A stretch of DNA of 63,791 nt, counting the filler, from Octopus bimaculoides (Eukaryota): assembly GCF_001194135.2 (NCBI RefSeq). It is 3 parts of 3 records of this genome, joined end to end, with 100 filler letters (N's around TTAATTAATTAA, not from the genome) between each part and the next. Parts side by side here need not be neighbours in the genome. Positions count along the whole stretch, not along the records: positions 48,759 to 63,791 come from NC_069004.1; 2 more parts are not named here. The stretch is one strand, 5' to 3'. Every line of letters starts with the position of its first letter. Positions within the stretch are counted from its first letter, which is position 1. Below the pieces are notes generated by a model, which was given only the letters and a program-made list of their open reading frames with translations, did no database searches and had not been told where the DNA came from. Positions 63,521-63,791 of this stretch are shown here, in pieces. Made by a program: the position numbers and the translations under genes.

Positions 63521-63791
63521 GGGGGAGATAAATGACATTCGCTTCGTTAATTTTACGTCGAGATAAGAACTTTGGCACAACTTGGTTAACAGATGGAATT
63601 CAACTTGGGACTAGAACAATAGAATAATTGCATTACAAAATTAATTCTCATCCGTCCTTAATCTCTGATCAAACACCACCGGGGCATATAGTCATTATAG
63701 ACGTATTATAGTGATGCTATTTAGCTTTAGTTTATTTTATACATAAGCTACATTCACACATTCAATATATATATATATATATATATATATA

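Overview
Gappy, AT-rich animal genomic DNA. The repeat families look like those of an octopus (inference from SINE and LINE types). Two identical synthetic spacers (N44-TTAATTAATTAA-N44 at 20680-20779 and 48659-48758) split it into three segments that may not be neighbours in the genome. Most of the window is microsatellites, several tRNA-derived SINE families, decayed LINEs (L1/Tx1, RTE), mariner and hAT fossils, and MITEs. Nearly all long ORFs in the supplied track are microsatellite or N-gap artefacts. No complete gene is present. Segment 3 probably holds the 5' end of a minus-strand gene: YY1 and CRE motifs at ~63.5 kb, a start-codon exon at 60385-60532, and a CpG-depleted intron at ~50.3-59.5 kb. 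The most interesting signal is a set of hammerhead-ribozyme-like motifs of the Penelope/retrozyme type at seven loci. They occur as single copies, head-to-head inverted pairs and one ~233-bp tandem pair, and several have variant cores. All appear at least partly decayed. All comparisons were made by eye, with no database searches.
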